A DNA stretch of 64,000 nucleotides from Thermoanaerobaculia bacterium. GTDB lineage: Bacteria; Acidobacteriota; Thermoanaerobaculia; Multivoradales; UBA5704. The DNA is taken from NCBI GenBank assembly GCA_044226625.1, contig JBGAGQ010000003.1, positions 156,190 to 220,189 of the forward strand, in the 5' to 3' direction. The notes beneath the pieces were generated by a model. It was not told where the DNA came from and did no database searches. It was given only the letters and a program-made list of their open reading frames with translations. Shown piece by piece: positions 47,354 through 57,202 of this stretch; the first letter of the stretch is position 1; the number at the start of each line of letters is the position of its first letter. A program made the translations under genes and the position numbers.

Positions 47354-48505
47354 ATGCCTTCGGTACGTCCCGCGTTCCGTCTCATCGCCGTTTTCGCCTG
47401 CGCTCTCGTGCTTTCCACGCTTTCGGCCGGTGCCCAGGGAGCTCCGCAGTGTGGGCAGTACCCGCGCATGGTTCCGAACTACGACTATCCCCCGAACGCC
47501 TCCCAGTTCGACTCGATCTGCCTGCCCGAAGCGTGGGAATTCATGCGGGCCCGGTGGCAGGGCATCTCGCTCGGCGCGCCTTGGCCCACCGTGGTGGTGA
47601 TCGACGACGGCTTCTTCACGACCAAGGACAGCAGTCTCCGGCCGTCGCTGTTTCCCGGTCCGGGTGGCAGCACCGCCGCGGGCGACACGGCCCCGCTCCC
47701 GGCCTACGGCATCCACGGCACGAGCGTTCTCTCGCTGCTGGCTTCTCGGCTGGGCAACGGCTATATCGAAGGGGGCGTCGGCCCGATCGCGGGGTTCGCC
47801 AACCTCGGCGCCGACTTCTTCCTGATTCGCGACCGAACGACGGCTCAGGGTCCCACCCCCGGGCTGATCGCCCAGTTCCTCGGCCAGTACGTCATGCCCT
47901 ATGCCGGCCGGCGGGTGGTGAACATCAGCCAGTCGCTCGTCGACGTCACGAGCTCGACCCAACTGGCGGACCAGCTCGACTACGCGAACTGGGAGCAGAT
48001 CGTGGTCGTGACCGGCGCCGGCAACCATCGCGAAACGGTTCCGGCCAACGCCTGGATCCGCGGCTTCGAAAACGTCATCGTGGTGGGGGGCCTGAACGAG
48101 ATCGGGAGCAAGCTTTGGGTCGGAGGGACCGGCGTGGGATCCGCGACCGGGGCGGGCGTCGACCTCTACGCTCCCGCCGAAAACCTCGACGTCCTGATTC
48201 GGGACGCCCAGATCGTCACCGACAGCGGGACCTCGTTCGCCGCTCCCCTCGTCACCTCGGTCGTGGCGATGATGCAGAACCTCGACCCGACGCTCGACTC
48301 GTGGGAGGTGCGCGACATCTTGATCAAGACGGCCGACGCGGGAACCTACCGGCGCTTGAACGCGATCAAGGCCCTCCTGTGCGTCGACTCGATCAGTCGC
48401 TGGAGCGCCTATCCGCCCCCCGGCAGCAACTGGCTGCCGGTGCACAACTGGTCGTGCTCGATGAGCGGCTTCGGCGTCGCCTCCGGGCAGCGCGTCGGCT
48501 GGTAA
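47354..48505 (+). CDS. Secreted S8 subtilisin-like serine peptidase
   Basis: GAGGAGG RBS, signal peptide, VIDDG, HGTSV, GAGN, GTSFAAP. Confidence 0.9.
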   Translation: MPSVRPAFRLIAVFACALVLSTLSAGAQGAPQCGQYPRMVPNYDYPPNASQFDSICLPEAWEFMRARWQGISLGAPWPTVVVIDDGFFTTKDSSLRPSLFPGPGGSTAAGDTAPLPAYGIHGTSVLSLLASRLGNGYIEGGVGPIAGFANLGADFFLIRDRTTAQGPTPGLIAQFLGQYVMPYAGRRVVNISQSLVDVTSSTQLADQLDYANWEQIVVVTGAGNHRETVPANAWIRGFENVIVVGGLNEIGSKLWVGGTGVGSATGAGVDLYAPAENLDVLIRDAQIVTDSGTSFAAPLVTSVVAMMQNLDPTLDSWEVRDILIKTADAGTYRRLNAIKALLCVDSISRWSAYPPPGSNWLPVHNWSCSMSGFGVASGQRVGW

Positions 48506-48858
48506 AGAGGTCGCGCCACCCCTCTTTCCCCCATTCGTCCCCGGTGGCCCGGCGGCTTTCCCATTCAACCCGCCGCGGCCGCATTTCGCCCCAGCGACCC
48601 GCCATTGGTCCCCGGGCGTCTTTCCCTACCCCTTGGGGCGGGTACCATCGACCTCGACCTCCCGACGGCCCACGAGGCGCTGACCTCGTCTCGATGGGTC
48701 GCCCGAGCTCTCCTCCTCCTGCCGGCGAAATCTGCGGCCCCCTCAACCGCCGATTTCGTCGGCCCTTTTTCTCGATTCGTCCCTGAAATCGCCTCTCGCG
48801 GCTCACCTCAGCCGGCTCGAAGCACGGCCGCGCGGCGGACGGCCCCCTCTGGAGCCCG

Positions 48859-48876
48859 CTTCATCTCGGGTTCATC
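48859..48876 (+). promoter_or_regulatory. TTCAT-N6-TTCAT box upstream of the Omp85 gene
   Basis: CTTCATCTCGGGTTCATC; near-identical copy on minus strand at 53788-53805. Confidence 0.6.
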
Positions 48877-48898
48877 GCCCCCCCACTAGCTTCATTCC

Positions 48899-50578
48899 AT
48901 GTGGAAGGGTCCAAACCGCGAGCGCCGCCCGCTCGCGGGTCTCCTCGCGCTGGGCATCCTCTCCTCCCTGCCGATTCTCGGGGAGGAGGCCCCCCGTCCC
49001 ACGGCCGCCGAGGTCGAGGCGAGCGGGGCGACGATCGGCCAGGTCACCTTCCGCCGGGGAAACATCTTCGATCCGAGCCAGCCGGAGGAGAACCGCAGGC
49101 TCTTCCGGCTCGCGAATCGGCTCCACCGCGTCACGCGCGCCGACGTGATCGAGGACCTCCTCCTGTTCCGCCCCGGCGATCCGTTCTCGGCCCAGAAGGT
49201 CGCGGAATCCGAGCGCCTGCTGCGGGCGACCCACTATTTCTATGACCCTGAGATCCGAATCGTCGGCGTCGCCGACGGCAAGGTCGACCTCGAGGTCGTG
49301 ACGCGCGACGTCTGGACCCTCAAGGGGGGCGTCGGGGTGGGACGCAGCGGCGGCACGAACTCCTCCCACTTCAAGATCGAGGACACGAACCTGCTCGGCA
49401 CGGGGCAGACGCTGGACATCGATCGGTCGACCGACGTCGATCGCACCAGCTCGCTGTTCCATTACCGCGATCCGAACGTCGGCCACAGCCGGGTCCTGTT
49501 CGACCTCGCCTATTCGAGCAACAGCGACGGCGACGGCAAGAGCGTGCAGGTCGAGCGGCCCTTCTTCGCCTTCGACAGCCGTTGGGCGGCCGGCTTCTCC
49601 GTCGCGTCCGACGACCTGATCGAATCGCATTACCGGCTCGGCCACATCTTCGAGGCGTTCCGCCAGAAGAAGGAGCGCATCGACGTCTATGGCGGCCTGC
49701 TCCGTCCGCGAAACCCGGACGCGCAGGCGCTTGAAGGCAAAGAGGCGAGGGCGCACCGCTTCTCGCTTGGATTCACCTTCGAGCGCAACCGCTTCTCGTT
49801 CGAGCCGGACCGCCAGGCACCCGCCGTCCTTCCGCCCGATCGAGACCTCGCGTACCCCTGGATCGCGTTCGACTCGATCGGCGACGACTACTTGAAAACC
49901 CGCAACTTCGATCAGCTCGGCCGTGCCGAGGATCTTGCGCTCGGCCACCGGTTCCACGCCCGGATCGGCTATTCGAGCTCGATCTTCGGCGCCGACCGCG
50001 ACGAGGCGATCTTCGACAGCACGGCGAGCTGGGGATACCGGCCGCCCTCGCATCCCCGGCAGACGATCCTCCTTTCCGGAACGGCGTCCGGGCGGTACGG
50101 CTCGGACGGCGGGCGCAACTTGAGGGCCGGTTTCGAGGCGCGCTATTACGTGCGCGACTTCGGCGATCAGCTCTTCCTCGCCTCGCTCTCGGCCGACGCC
50201 ACCCGCCACCTCGACCCGGAAGAGCAGCTATTGCTCGGAGGGGACAGCGGCCTGCGCGGCTATCCCCTGCGCTACCAGGACGGCGACCATCGCGTCCTCG
50301 TCTCGCTCGAGCAACGGGTGTTCACGAACTGGTATCCGTACCGGCTATTCCACGTCGGTGGGGCGATCTTCTTCGATGCCGGAAGGGTCTGGTCGAACGA
50401 TCCGTCGAAGCGGGCGTATCTCGAAGGGCTGCTCAAAGACGTCGGCTTCGGGCTCCGCCTCGGCTCGAGCCGCTCGGCGCTCGGCTCCGTCGTCCACCTC
50501 GACGTCGCCTTCCCGCTCGACGGCGACCCCTCGATCAAGCGGGTGCAGTACCTCGTGACCACGCGGACCGGCTTCTAG
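48899..50578 (+). CDS. Omp85 (BamA/TamA-like) protein with a single POTRA domain
   Basis: LLFRPGDPF, ESERLLR, LGGDSGLRGYP, FFDAG, C-terminal F. Confidence 0.88.
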   Translation: MWKGPNRERRPLAGLLALGILSSLPILGEEAPRPTAAEVEASGATIGQVTFRRGNIFDPSQPEENRRLFRLANRLHRVTRADVIEDLLLFRPGDPFSAQKVAESERLLRATHYFYDPEIRIVGVADGKVDLEVVTRDVWTLKGGVGVGRSGGTNSSHFKIEDTNLLGTGQTLDIDRSTDVDRTSSLFHYRDPNVGHSRVLFDLAYSSNSDGDGKSVQVERPFFAFDSRWAAGFSVASDDLIESHYRLGHIFEAFRQKKERIDVYGGLLRPRNPDAQALEGKEARAHRFSLGFTFERNRFSFEPDRQAPAVLPPDRDLAYPWIAFDSIGDDYLKTRNFDQLGRAEDLALGHRFHARIGYSSSIFGADRDEAIFDSTASWGYRPPSHPRQTILLSGTASGRYGSDGGRNLRAGFEARYYVRDFGDQLFLASLSADATRHLDPEEQLLLGGDSGLRGYPLRYQDGDHRVLVSLEQRVFTNWYPYRLFHVGGAIFFDAGRVWSNDPSKRAYLEGLLKDVGFGLRLGSSRSALGSVVHLDVAFPLDGDPSIKRVQYLVTTRTGF

Positions 50579-50628
50579 TTCGCGGGCTGCTGAAAACCCC
50601 TGGGGGGCCGCTCGGCGTACTGCACCGC

Positions 50629-50772
50629 CCCCACCTCGATCCTCCCCCGCAAGCGGGGGAGGAGGCCCGCCCGGCCCCTTTTGCCTCCTTCGGGTCCGCC
50701 CGCCGCTCCCGACTCCTACTTCCTCTCGGTGCAGGGTCCTCCCCCCGCTTGCGGGGGGAGGCCAGGAGGGGG
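50629..50772. repeat. Inverted pair of REP-like palindromes between convergent genes
   Basis: CCTCCCCCGCAAGCGGGGGAGG and CCTCCCCCCGCTTGCGGGGGGAGG. Confidence 0.7.
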
Positions 50773-50803
50773 GAACTCAGGCTGGCGGGGTTGGGGTTTC
50801 TCT

Positions 50804-51775
50804 CTAGCGCCGCGGCGTGTGCCAAGTGAGGTTCAAGACGATCGGCCGATCGATCCCTTTGTGGATCACCTGCTCGGCGCCGAAGTGGTAGATCGTCGCC
50901 CCGAGGTCGATGCCGAATCCGCTCCGCTCGTGCTCGACCGCGAGCCCCGCGCCGACGTAGCCGTCGCCCATGTGGAGACCGCCGGTCTCGCCGGAAAGGT
51001 CGAAGCCCGGGCCGGTGATCCTGCCGGCGAACGCTTGCCGCGGCAGTGGCAGCGCGCCGATCACCCGGGGCGCGAGCGACCAGCCCCGTCCGAGCGGGCG
51101 GTCGTGGCGCCAGCCGACGTAGGGGGTCACGAAATCGTACGTCGCGCTGTGGTCGAGCACGCCGGACGCCCCGGCGTTCCGCCCCGTGACGAGCCGATAG
51201 TCGAGCGTGTAGTCCGAGAGATCCAGGCGTTCCCAGAGCACCCCGAACGTCCAGGTGGTGGCGCCGCCGTTCGCCCGCCTCGGACGTTGCCAGACGGCTC
51301 CCCCGCCGGCACCGAAATGTCGGACATCGCCCTGGGGGTGGGAGAACTCCGCGAACTCCGGCAGGTCGAGCGGGATGTCGTTGCGGAACAGCGGCCGAAA
51401 TAGATCGCGCCCCGAGCCGCCGGAAAAGGTCAGGGCGTCGTAGAAGCCGACCGCCTGGACGCCCCACCGCTCGGAGAGCGAGCGCGTGGCGCCGAGACCG
51501 AAGAGGACGCCTCCGACGCGCGCGAAGCCGCCGCCGTTCCGGGCCCCCGCGATCTGCGCCTCGAAGCGCCACGGCCCCCCGCCTTCGGGCGCGGGCGCCG
51601 CGAGCGGCAAGGTAAGATAGCGGAGGTTCATCTCGCTCTCGGGCAGATGCTCGGTGATGAACTCGACGTCCTCGCCGGGATTCGCCACGGCCGCCCACAC
51701 CGCGGCCGGACGGGACGCGACGCCCAGCGCCACGAAAGCGAGGACGGCCACGGCGCCGCGAGATGGAGCTTTCAT
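50804..51775 (-). CDS. Putative outer-membrane beta-barrel protein
   Basis: MKAPSRG signal peptide in ATGA overlap; amphipathic strands; C-terminal VLNLTW. Confidence 0.65.
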   Translation of the reverse strand: MKAPSRGAVAVLAFVALGVASRPAAVWAAVANPGEDVEFITEHLPESEMNLRYLTLPLAAPAPEGGGPWRFEAQIAGARNGGGFARVGGVLFGLGATRSLSERWGVQAVGFYDALTFSGGSGRDLFRPLFRNDIPLDLPEFAEFSHPQGDVRHFGAGGGAVWQRPRRANGGATTWTFGVLWERLDLSDYTLDYRLVTGRNAGASGVLDHSATYDFVTPYVGWRHDRPLGRGWSLAPRVIGALPLPRQAFAGRITGPGFDLSGETGGLHMGDGYVGAGLAVEHERSGFGIDLGATIYHFGAEQVIHKGIDRPIVLNLTWHTPRR

Positions 51776-53766
51776 TTCCGCAGCTCCGCCCGAAGTCCGT
51801 CGGGGGTCGACAGCAGGTAGCCCCCCTTGCGATAGAGGACGTCCGCGCCGTCGTAGTAGGCGATCGCGTCTTCGATCAAATCGTGACCGCCCGGGTCCGG
51901 GTGCGGAATCGGCTCGAACTGGTCGTCGGCCACCACCGAGTAGAGGGAGGCGCGGCTCTTCAAGCCGAGCACCGCGATCCGCCCGCCGCGCATCAAGGCG
52001 ATCTCGTTGTTGTGGGTCATCAACGCGCGTCCGCGCTCGGCCGGGATGCGGAAGACGTCGTGGCCGAAGAATCGCGATTCGTAACTCATGCCGAGGAGGC
52101 CGAGGATCGTCGGCGGCAGGTCCAACGACGAGGCGAGCGTATCGATCCGCTGCCCCGCCGGCACCAACCCGGGCGCGAGGAACAGGATCGGCACCTCGTA
52201 GCTCGGAAGCGGGATCTCCTCCGCGCCGTAGACCCGGGCGCCATGATCTCCCATCAGCACGAACAGGGTGTGATCGAAGAAGGCATGCCCCTTCGCCTGC
52301 TCGACGAACCGCCCGAGCGCCCAGTCGGCGTAGCGAACCGCGTTGTCGCGTCGCTTGAGCTTCGGGTCGGGGCGAATCGTCCCTTCGGGAAACGTGAACG
52401 GCCGGTGGTTCGAGACCGACAGGATCAGCGTGTAGAACGGCTTGCCCGTCGCCTCCATCGCGTCCATCTGGAGGAGCGCCTGGTCGAAGATCGCGCCGTC
52501 CGCCGCGCCCCAGGCGGTGGTGAAGGTCCCCTCGGGATAGTCCTTCTGCTCGAAGATCCGGTCGATGCCGTTGCGCGACAGGTAGCCGCCCATGCCGTCG
52601 AACAGCGCTCGGCCGCCGTAGACCCAGAGGGTCTGGTAGCCGTGCTCGCGGAGCAATCCGGGCAGCGTGAAGAGCCCCTTGGAGGTCGGCCGCCGGACCA
52701 CCGAGATGCCGGGGAGCGGAGGAAGCCCGGACGTGGTTGCCTCGATCGCCCGGATCGTCCGGTTGCCGGTCGAGTAGGCGTGGGTGAGCAACGTCCCTTC
52801 GCGGGTGAGCGCGTCGTACCTCGGGGTCAAGGAGACCGGCCGCGGATGGAGCGCGCCGATGAACTCCGAGCCGAGGCTCTCCTCGAGCACGACCACCACG
52901 TTCCAAGGACGCGTCGGGGGCGGCGCGAGCGAGCGCACCGCGCGCAGCGTCGAGCTGTCGCGGAACGAGCCGGGGACGGTCGCCGGCTCGGTGAGGAGCC
53001 GGTGGAGTCGCGGGAACACCTGGGCGTCCGGCCGGGTGGCGTAGAGCCCTTCGTAGGTGGCGTTGCTCCCGGCGAGCGCCGCGACGAAGGTGAGATAGCC
53101 GTTGCTCGCGATCTGGTTCACCGCGCGGTCGTTCGAGACCTCGGCGATCGAGGCGGGCACGACCAGGGTGAGGGCGAGGGCGACGCCCAGATAGACGGCG
53201 AAGCCGAGGAAGCGCCGGCGCCATCTCTCCGGTTCCATCCACGCGCGGGCGATCGGTCGCCGCAACGCGAGCAGGAGGCCGATCGACACCACGGCGAGTA
53301 CCACGAGGATTTTGCCCGTCGGGTAGCTCTGCCAGATGTTGTCGGTCACCTCGGTGGGGAACATCAGATAGTCGACCGCGACGAAGTTGAACCGGTCGTT
53401 GAACTCGAGGAAGAAGAAGAGCTCGACCACCGCGACGAACAGCGCTCCGAAGAACGCCAGCACGAACCCGACGCGGAAGACGGCCTTCTGCCAGCGGCTC
53501 GCGAACCACCGCTCGGGCAGGAGCGCGAGATAGATCATCAACGGCAGCGCCGTCCAGAGCGCGGCGACGACGTCGAGCAGCAGGCCGCTGCCGAGCGCGG
53601 CGAGGGTTATCCCGAGCCCGTTCTGGCGCGGCACGTGCTGGAGCCCCAGGAGGACCAGCCGCGTGAGCAGGAACAGCGCGACGAGAAACCCGATCCAGAT
53701 CAGGGCGAGACGATAACGGCAGGCGAACGAGCGGCGTAGCGGGGAGATGGGTGGAATCGTCGACAC
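51772..53766 (-). CDS. LTA synthase / MdoB-like phosphoglycerol transferase (sulfatase fold)
   Basis: Several N-terminal TM helices, NVVVVLEESL, GNRT catalytic Thr, SNHRPF, YAD, GDHG. Confidence 0.9.
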   Translation of the reverse strand: MSTIPPISPLRRSFACRYRLALIWIGFLVALFLLTRLVLLGLQHVPRQNGLGITLAALGSGLLLDVVAALWTALPLMIYLALLPERWFASRWQKAVFRVGFVLAFFGALFVAVVELFFFLEFNDRFNFVAVDYLMFPTEVTDNIWQSYPTGKILVVLAVVSIGLLLALRRPIARAWMEPERWRRRFLGFAVYLGVALALTLVVPASIAEVSNDRAVNQIASNGYLTFVAALAGSNATYEGLYATRPDAQVFPRLHRLLTEPATVPGSFRDSSTLRAVRSLAPPPTRPWNVVVVLEESLGSEFIGALHPRPVSLTPRYDALTREGTLLTHAYSTGNRTIRAIEATTSGLPPLPGISVVRRPTSKGLFTLPGLLREHGYQTLWVYGGRALFDGMGGYLSRNGIDRIFEQKDYPEGTFTTAWGAADGAIFDQALLQMDAMEATGKPFYTLILSVSNHRPFTFPEGTIRPDPKLKRRDNAVRYADWALGRFVEQAKGHAFFDHTLFVLMGDHGARVYGAEEIPLPSYEVPILFLAPGLVPAGQRIDTLASSLDLPPTILGLLGMSYESRFFGHDVFRIPAERGRALMTHNNEIALMRGGRIAVLGLKSRASLYSVVADDQFEPIPHPDPGGHDLIEDAIAYYDGADVLYRKGGYLLSTPDGLRAELRK

Positions 53767-53787
53767 TGGAGCAGGATATGGGAGGGA

Positions 53788-53805
53788 GATGAACCCGGGA
53801 TGAAG
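53788..53805 (-). promoter_or_regulatory. TTCAT-N6-TTCAT box upstream of the LTA synthase gene
   Basis: Minus strand CTTCATCCCGGGTTCATC followed by -10-like TATCCT. Confidence 0.6.
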
Positions 53806-53832
53806 GCTTCGCGGCCGAGAGTTTTCGGTTGG

Positions 53833-56436
53833 TCAGCCTGGTAGCTTGGCGAGCGCCGCCTTCGCCGCGGCCACCTGGAGGCGGTCGTCGGCCTCGGTCC
53901 AAAGAGCGATGGCCCGCTCGTAACCGGCGCGGGCGGCGGCCCGATCGCCGGTCTGGGCGGCGATCGCGCCGCGGCCGAAATGGGCGTGCGCCTCCTGGCT
54001 GCGGTCCTCGAGCTCGCGCGCGAGGGCGAAGCCCCGATCGTACCCCTGCCGCGCCGCCTGGAGCCGTCCCGCCTCGAGATCGAGGCGAGCCAGAGAGAGC
54101 GTCGCCGTGGCCTCGTAGCTCTTGTCGCCGATCCGGCGAAACGCGTCGAGCGCCGCGTGGAAGTGGCCGGCAGCCTCAGGATCTCTCCCCGCGGCGGCTT
54201 CGAGCCTCCCCGAGCAGAGCTCGGCCCGCGCGATCCCCTCGGCGTCGCCGTTCTGGCGGCTCAGCCCGGAGGCCTCTCGCAAGTGAGCGCGCGCCGGCTC
54301 GAACCGCCCCTCGTCGATCTCGATCTCCGCCGTGCCGCGGAGGACCTGGGCCGTGCCGTGGGCGTCGCCGAGGCGGCGGTCGATCGCGAGCGCTTCCGCC
54401 AGGTAGCCCCGGGCTTCCCGGTTGTCGCCCTGGGTGCGACGGACGCTCGCGAGGTTCGCGAGGGTGAGCGCCATGCCCTGCGCGTCGTCGATCTCCCGCT
54501 TGATCGCGAGCGAACGCTGCAACAAGCTCGCCGTGGCCGCGAGGTCGTTCTCGCCGATCAGGGCCGCCAGGTTGTTCAGGACCTTGGCTTCGCGCGTCCG
54601 GTCTCCCACCTCGTGAAAGACCCGCACCGACTCCTCGTAGATCCGGCGCGCCTGGGCGACGCGCCCTTCGGATTGATCGATGTGCGCCTCGGCCGCCCGC
54701 GCGCTCGCCGCCGCTCCCCGGTCTCCCGAGCGGCGATAGATCGCGCCGGCCGCGCGAAGGTCCGCGCGCGCCGCGTCGAGCTGGCCGAGGCGGATGTAGG
54801 CCCACCCCCGGGCGACCCGCCCCGCGGCGGTGAGCAGGATCGCCTTCCTGCCTTCCGCCTTTTCGACCGCCCGCTCCGCCGCGTCGCGACAACGGGGGAA
54901 ATCGCCCACCCCCCAGGCCGCGTCGGATTCCGCGAGGTCGATCCGCGGATCCTCGCCGTCGGGCGGCGCGAGCTTGCGGAGCGCCGCCGCGGTGGCGAAC
55001 GAGATCTCGGGCGAGCCCGACTGGCGCTGCGCCGCGGCGAGGCTCAAACCGTAGTCGAGGTTGTCGGGAAAGCGGCTCCAGAGCTTCTCGTAGACCTTCC
55101 TCGCCTGCGCCATCTCGAAACGCATCTCGTGAGCCCGGGCGGATAGGACCCAACGGATCTCCTCCGGCAGGCCGCCCGCACGGGCGAGGGCGCGCCCGGC
55201 CGCCTCGGCCGCCCGAGAGTCGAAGCCGAGCCGCGACCAGGCGACCGCGAGAGCGTCGTCGAGGAAGGGGTTGTCCGGGTCGGTGCGCCGCGCCTGGTCG
55301 AGACGGGCGATCGCCCCGACGGCATCGCGCACGGCGAGGCGTCCCATCGCCTCGGACCATAGCCGCAGCGATTCGCCGTTGGCGGCGACCGAGGCGGCCT
55401 CGCCGGAGGGGCCTCTCGGGTCGTGGCCGAGGCTGCTCAGGATGCCCTTCGACGCCGCCCGCGCGAGGTCCAGCAGGCGCGCCACGCTCCCGGTCTGGCG
55501 CGCCCAGGCGATCGTCTCGCCGCTTGCGACGTCCTGCACCGTGACCTGGACGCGAACTTCCGTCCCCGCCTCGGTCGGGCTCACGAGGTACGAGCCGGCC
55601 ATCACCAGCCGGGTGCCGAGGTTCTCGCCGACGCGGCCGAGCCCGGCGTCGCCCACCGTCCCCTCCGCCGCCTTGAGCTCTCTCTGCATCCGCAGGACGT
55701 TGTCGGCCGGGATCAAGCGCAGGGTGCCCGGCGCGATCAGCTCGAAGCGGAGGATCTCCGTGAGCGCGGCCGAGATCCAGCCGTCCTCGGAGCGCTCCGA
55801 CAGATTGCGAAAGCCGAGAATCGCGAGGCTCGGACGGGCCGCGGCAACGGCGGCGGTACGCGGCTCCGCGGACGGCCGCGCCGAATGCGACGGCGAGGCG
55901 GGCAACGATCCTTCGAGCAGCGAGGCGGCGGCGAACCCCGCGAGCAGGAAGGCGCGGAGCGCGAAGGCGCCATGCCGCCGTACGGGGCGGCGAAGCGGAG
56001 ATTCGGCCACCGGCCGCCGGTACGAAACGGGCGCGGGCTCGTCGAGCCCCACGGCGGCCGAAGGCGCGGCCGCGTTCGATGGAGGCGCCGCGAGGGGCAC
56101 CGCCGGAGGGTCGGTGACGGGATCCTCGACCCTCTCGAGCGGCGCGATGAAGCGGTATCCCCGCCGATGCACGGTCTCGATGATCCGGGGCCGCCCCGGA
56201 TCGTCGCCGAGCGCCTGGCGGACCTCGCTGATCGCCTGTTTGACCGAAGCGGGCGACAGGTGCTCCACCCCCCAGACCCGGTCGAGCAGGTCCTCCTGCG
56301 ACAGGATCTTCGGCGCGCTGCCCGCGAGGACCTCGAACATCCGGTAGGCCTGGGGGCGTAGGCGCACCTCTCCCTCCGCCCCCGAGAGGCGGCCCGCCTC
56401 CCGATCCCAGGTGAAACCGCAAAACCGGACCTTCAT
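53833..56436 (-). CDS. OmpR/CadC-type winged-helix regulator with TolB-N-like and TPR domains
   Basis: LLDRVWG, ISEVRQALGD, IETVHRRGYRF, LAILGFRNLS, TPR repeats. Confidence 0.9.
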   Translation of the reverse strand: MKVRFCGFTWDREAGRLSGAEGEVRLRPQAYRMFEVLAGSAPKILSQEDLLDRVWGVEHLSPASVKQAISEVRQALGDDPGRPRIIETVHRRGYRFIAPLERVEDPVTDPPAVPLAAPPSNAAAPSAAVGLDEPAPVSYRRPVAESPLRRPVRRHGAFALRAFLLAGFAAASLLEGSLPASPSHSARPSAEPRTAAVAAARPSLAILGFRNLSERSEDGWISAALTEILRFELIAPGTLRLIPADNVLRMQRELKAAEGTVGDAGLGRVGENLGTRLVMAGSYLVSPTEAGTEVRVQVTVQDVASGETIAWARQTGSVARLLDLARAASKGILSSLGHDPRGPSGEAASVAANGESLRLWSEAMGRLAVRDAVGAIARLDQARRTDPDNPFLDDALAVAWSRLGFDSRAAEAAGRALARAGGLPEEIRWVLSARAHEMRFEMAQARKVYEKLWSRFPDNLDYGLSLAAAQRQSGSPEISFATAAALRKLAPPDGEDPRIDLAESDAAWGVGDFPRCRDAAERAVEKAEGRKAILLTAAGRVARGWAYIRLGQLDAARADLRAAGAIYRRSGDRGAAASARAAEAHIDQSEGRVAQARRIYEESVRVFHEVGDRTREAKVLNNLAALIGENDLAATASLLQRSLAIKREIDDAQGMALTLANLASVRRTQGDNREARGYLAEALAIDRRLGDAHGTAQVLRGTAEIEIDEGRFEPARAHLREASGLSRQNGDAEGIARAELCSGRLEAAAGRDPEAAGHFHAALDAFRRIGDKSYEATATLSLARLDLEAGRLQAARQGYDRGFALARELEDRSQEAHAHFGRGAIAAQTGDRAAARAGYERAIALWTEADDRLQVAAAKAALAKLPG

Positions 56437-56478
56437 CGCCGCGCCTCTTCTCCCTCGAGCCCTCTCTCGGACCTCGGT

Positions 56479-56515
56479 TTGACCGTTTCTTGACCTTTGC
56501 CGGACGCCTTTGACC
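56479..56515 (+). promoter_or_regulatory. TTGACC direct repeats in divergent promoter
   Basis: TTGACC at 56479, 56490 and 56510. Confidence 0.55.
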
Positions 56516-56594
56516 GCCTCGCCGGCCGATGCTCGGGGTGTGGCGGACGGAGCTCGCGTGGAGCCCGCCGCCCAAGCAACCGAAAGGAGAGACC

Positions 56595-57032
56595 ATGATC
56601 CGTCGCAGCCTCTTCGCCCTCTTCGCCCTCGCCCTCTCGACCCTCGGCCTCGCCAACGCCGCCTCGGCGCAGCCCACGTTCACCGACCTGCTCCATCACG
56701 AGCGGACCTTCCTCAACTATCAGGCTCGGCAGGATGCCGCGACCCTCTACCTCTCGCTGCCGCCGGGAGGTTGGTCGACGCAGGCGCAGCTGGAAGCCGC
56801 GAAGCTCCAGGCCTCGCTCGACTGGCTCGCGTCGCACGGTTATCTCTTCTCCGACCCCAGCATCGACATCGAGTTCCACTCCGGCTCCGACGGCAACACC
56901 ATCACCATCGACGGCAACGGCATCCACGTCGTGATCAACCTGCCCTGTGGGCCGTTCATCCCGGTACAAAAAGAGCAGTTGATGGTGGTGACGATTATCC
57001 GTCAGGTGCCACAGATCTCGAACGGCTACTGA
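56595..57032 (+). CDS. Small secreted hypothetical protein
   Basis: AAAGGAG RBS; signal peptide ending ASA. Confidence 0.8.
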   Translation: MIRRSLFALFALALSTLGLANAASAQPTFTDLLHHERTFLNYQARQDAATLYLSLPPGGWSTQAQLEAAKLQASLDWLASHGYLFSDPSIDIEFHSGSDGNTITIDGNGIHVVINLPCGPFIPVQKEQLMVVTIIRQVPQISNGY

Positions 57033-57202
57033 TCTCTTGAACCCACGAAATCGCGATTTCCTTCGCCAGGAGAATCTGACCTGACGCCCGGAGCCGGAGC
57101 GCGCCGCTCGGGCTTCGGCGCCTGGCACCCCGGTTGCTCTTCTCGCAGGAAGGTCGGGCCGTTTCGGCCCGGCCTCCCTTCCCGTTGCGGAGCTGCCCTT
57201 CG

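Noticed and set aside
50804-53902. 1032-aa ORF, and extended ORFs 3313..5094, 4320..6242, 13523..15289, 33868..36348
   Set aside because: The N-terminal extensions are off-frame read-through of neighbouring genes; true starts are internal
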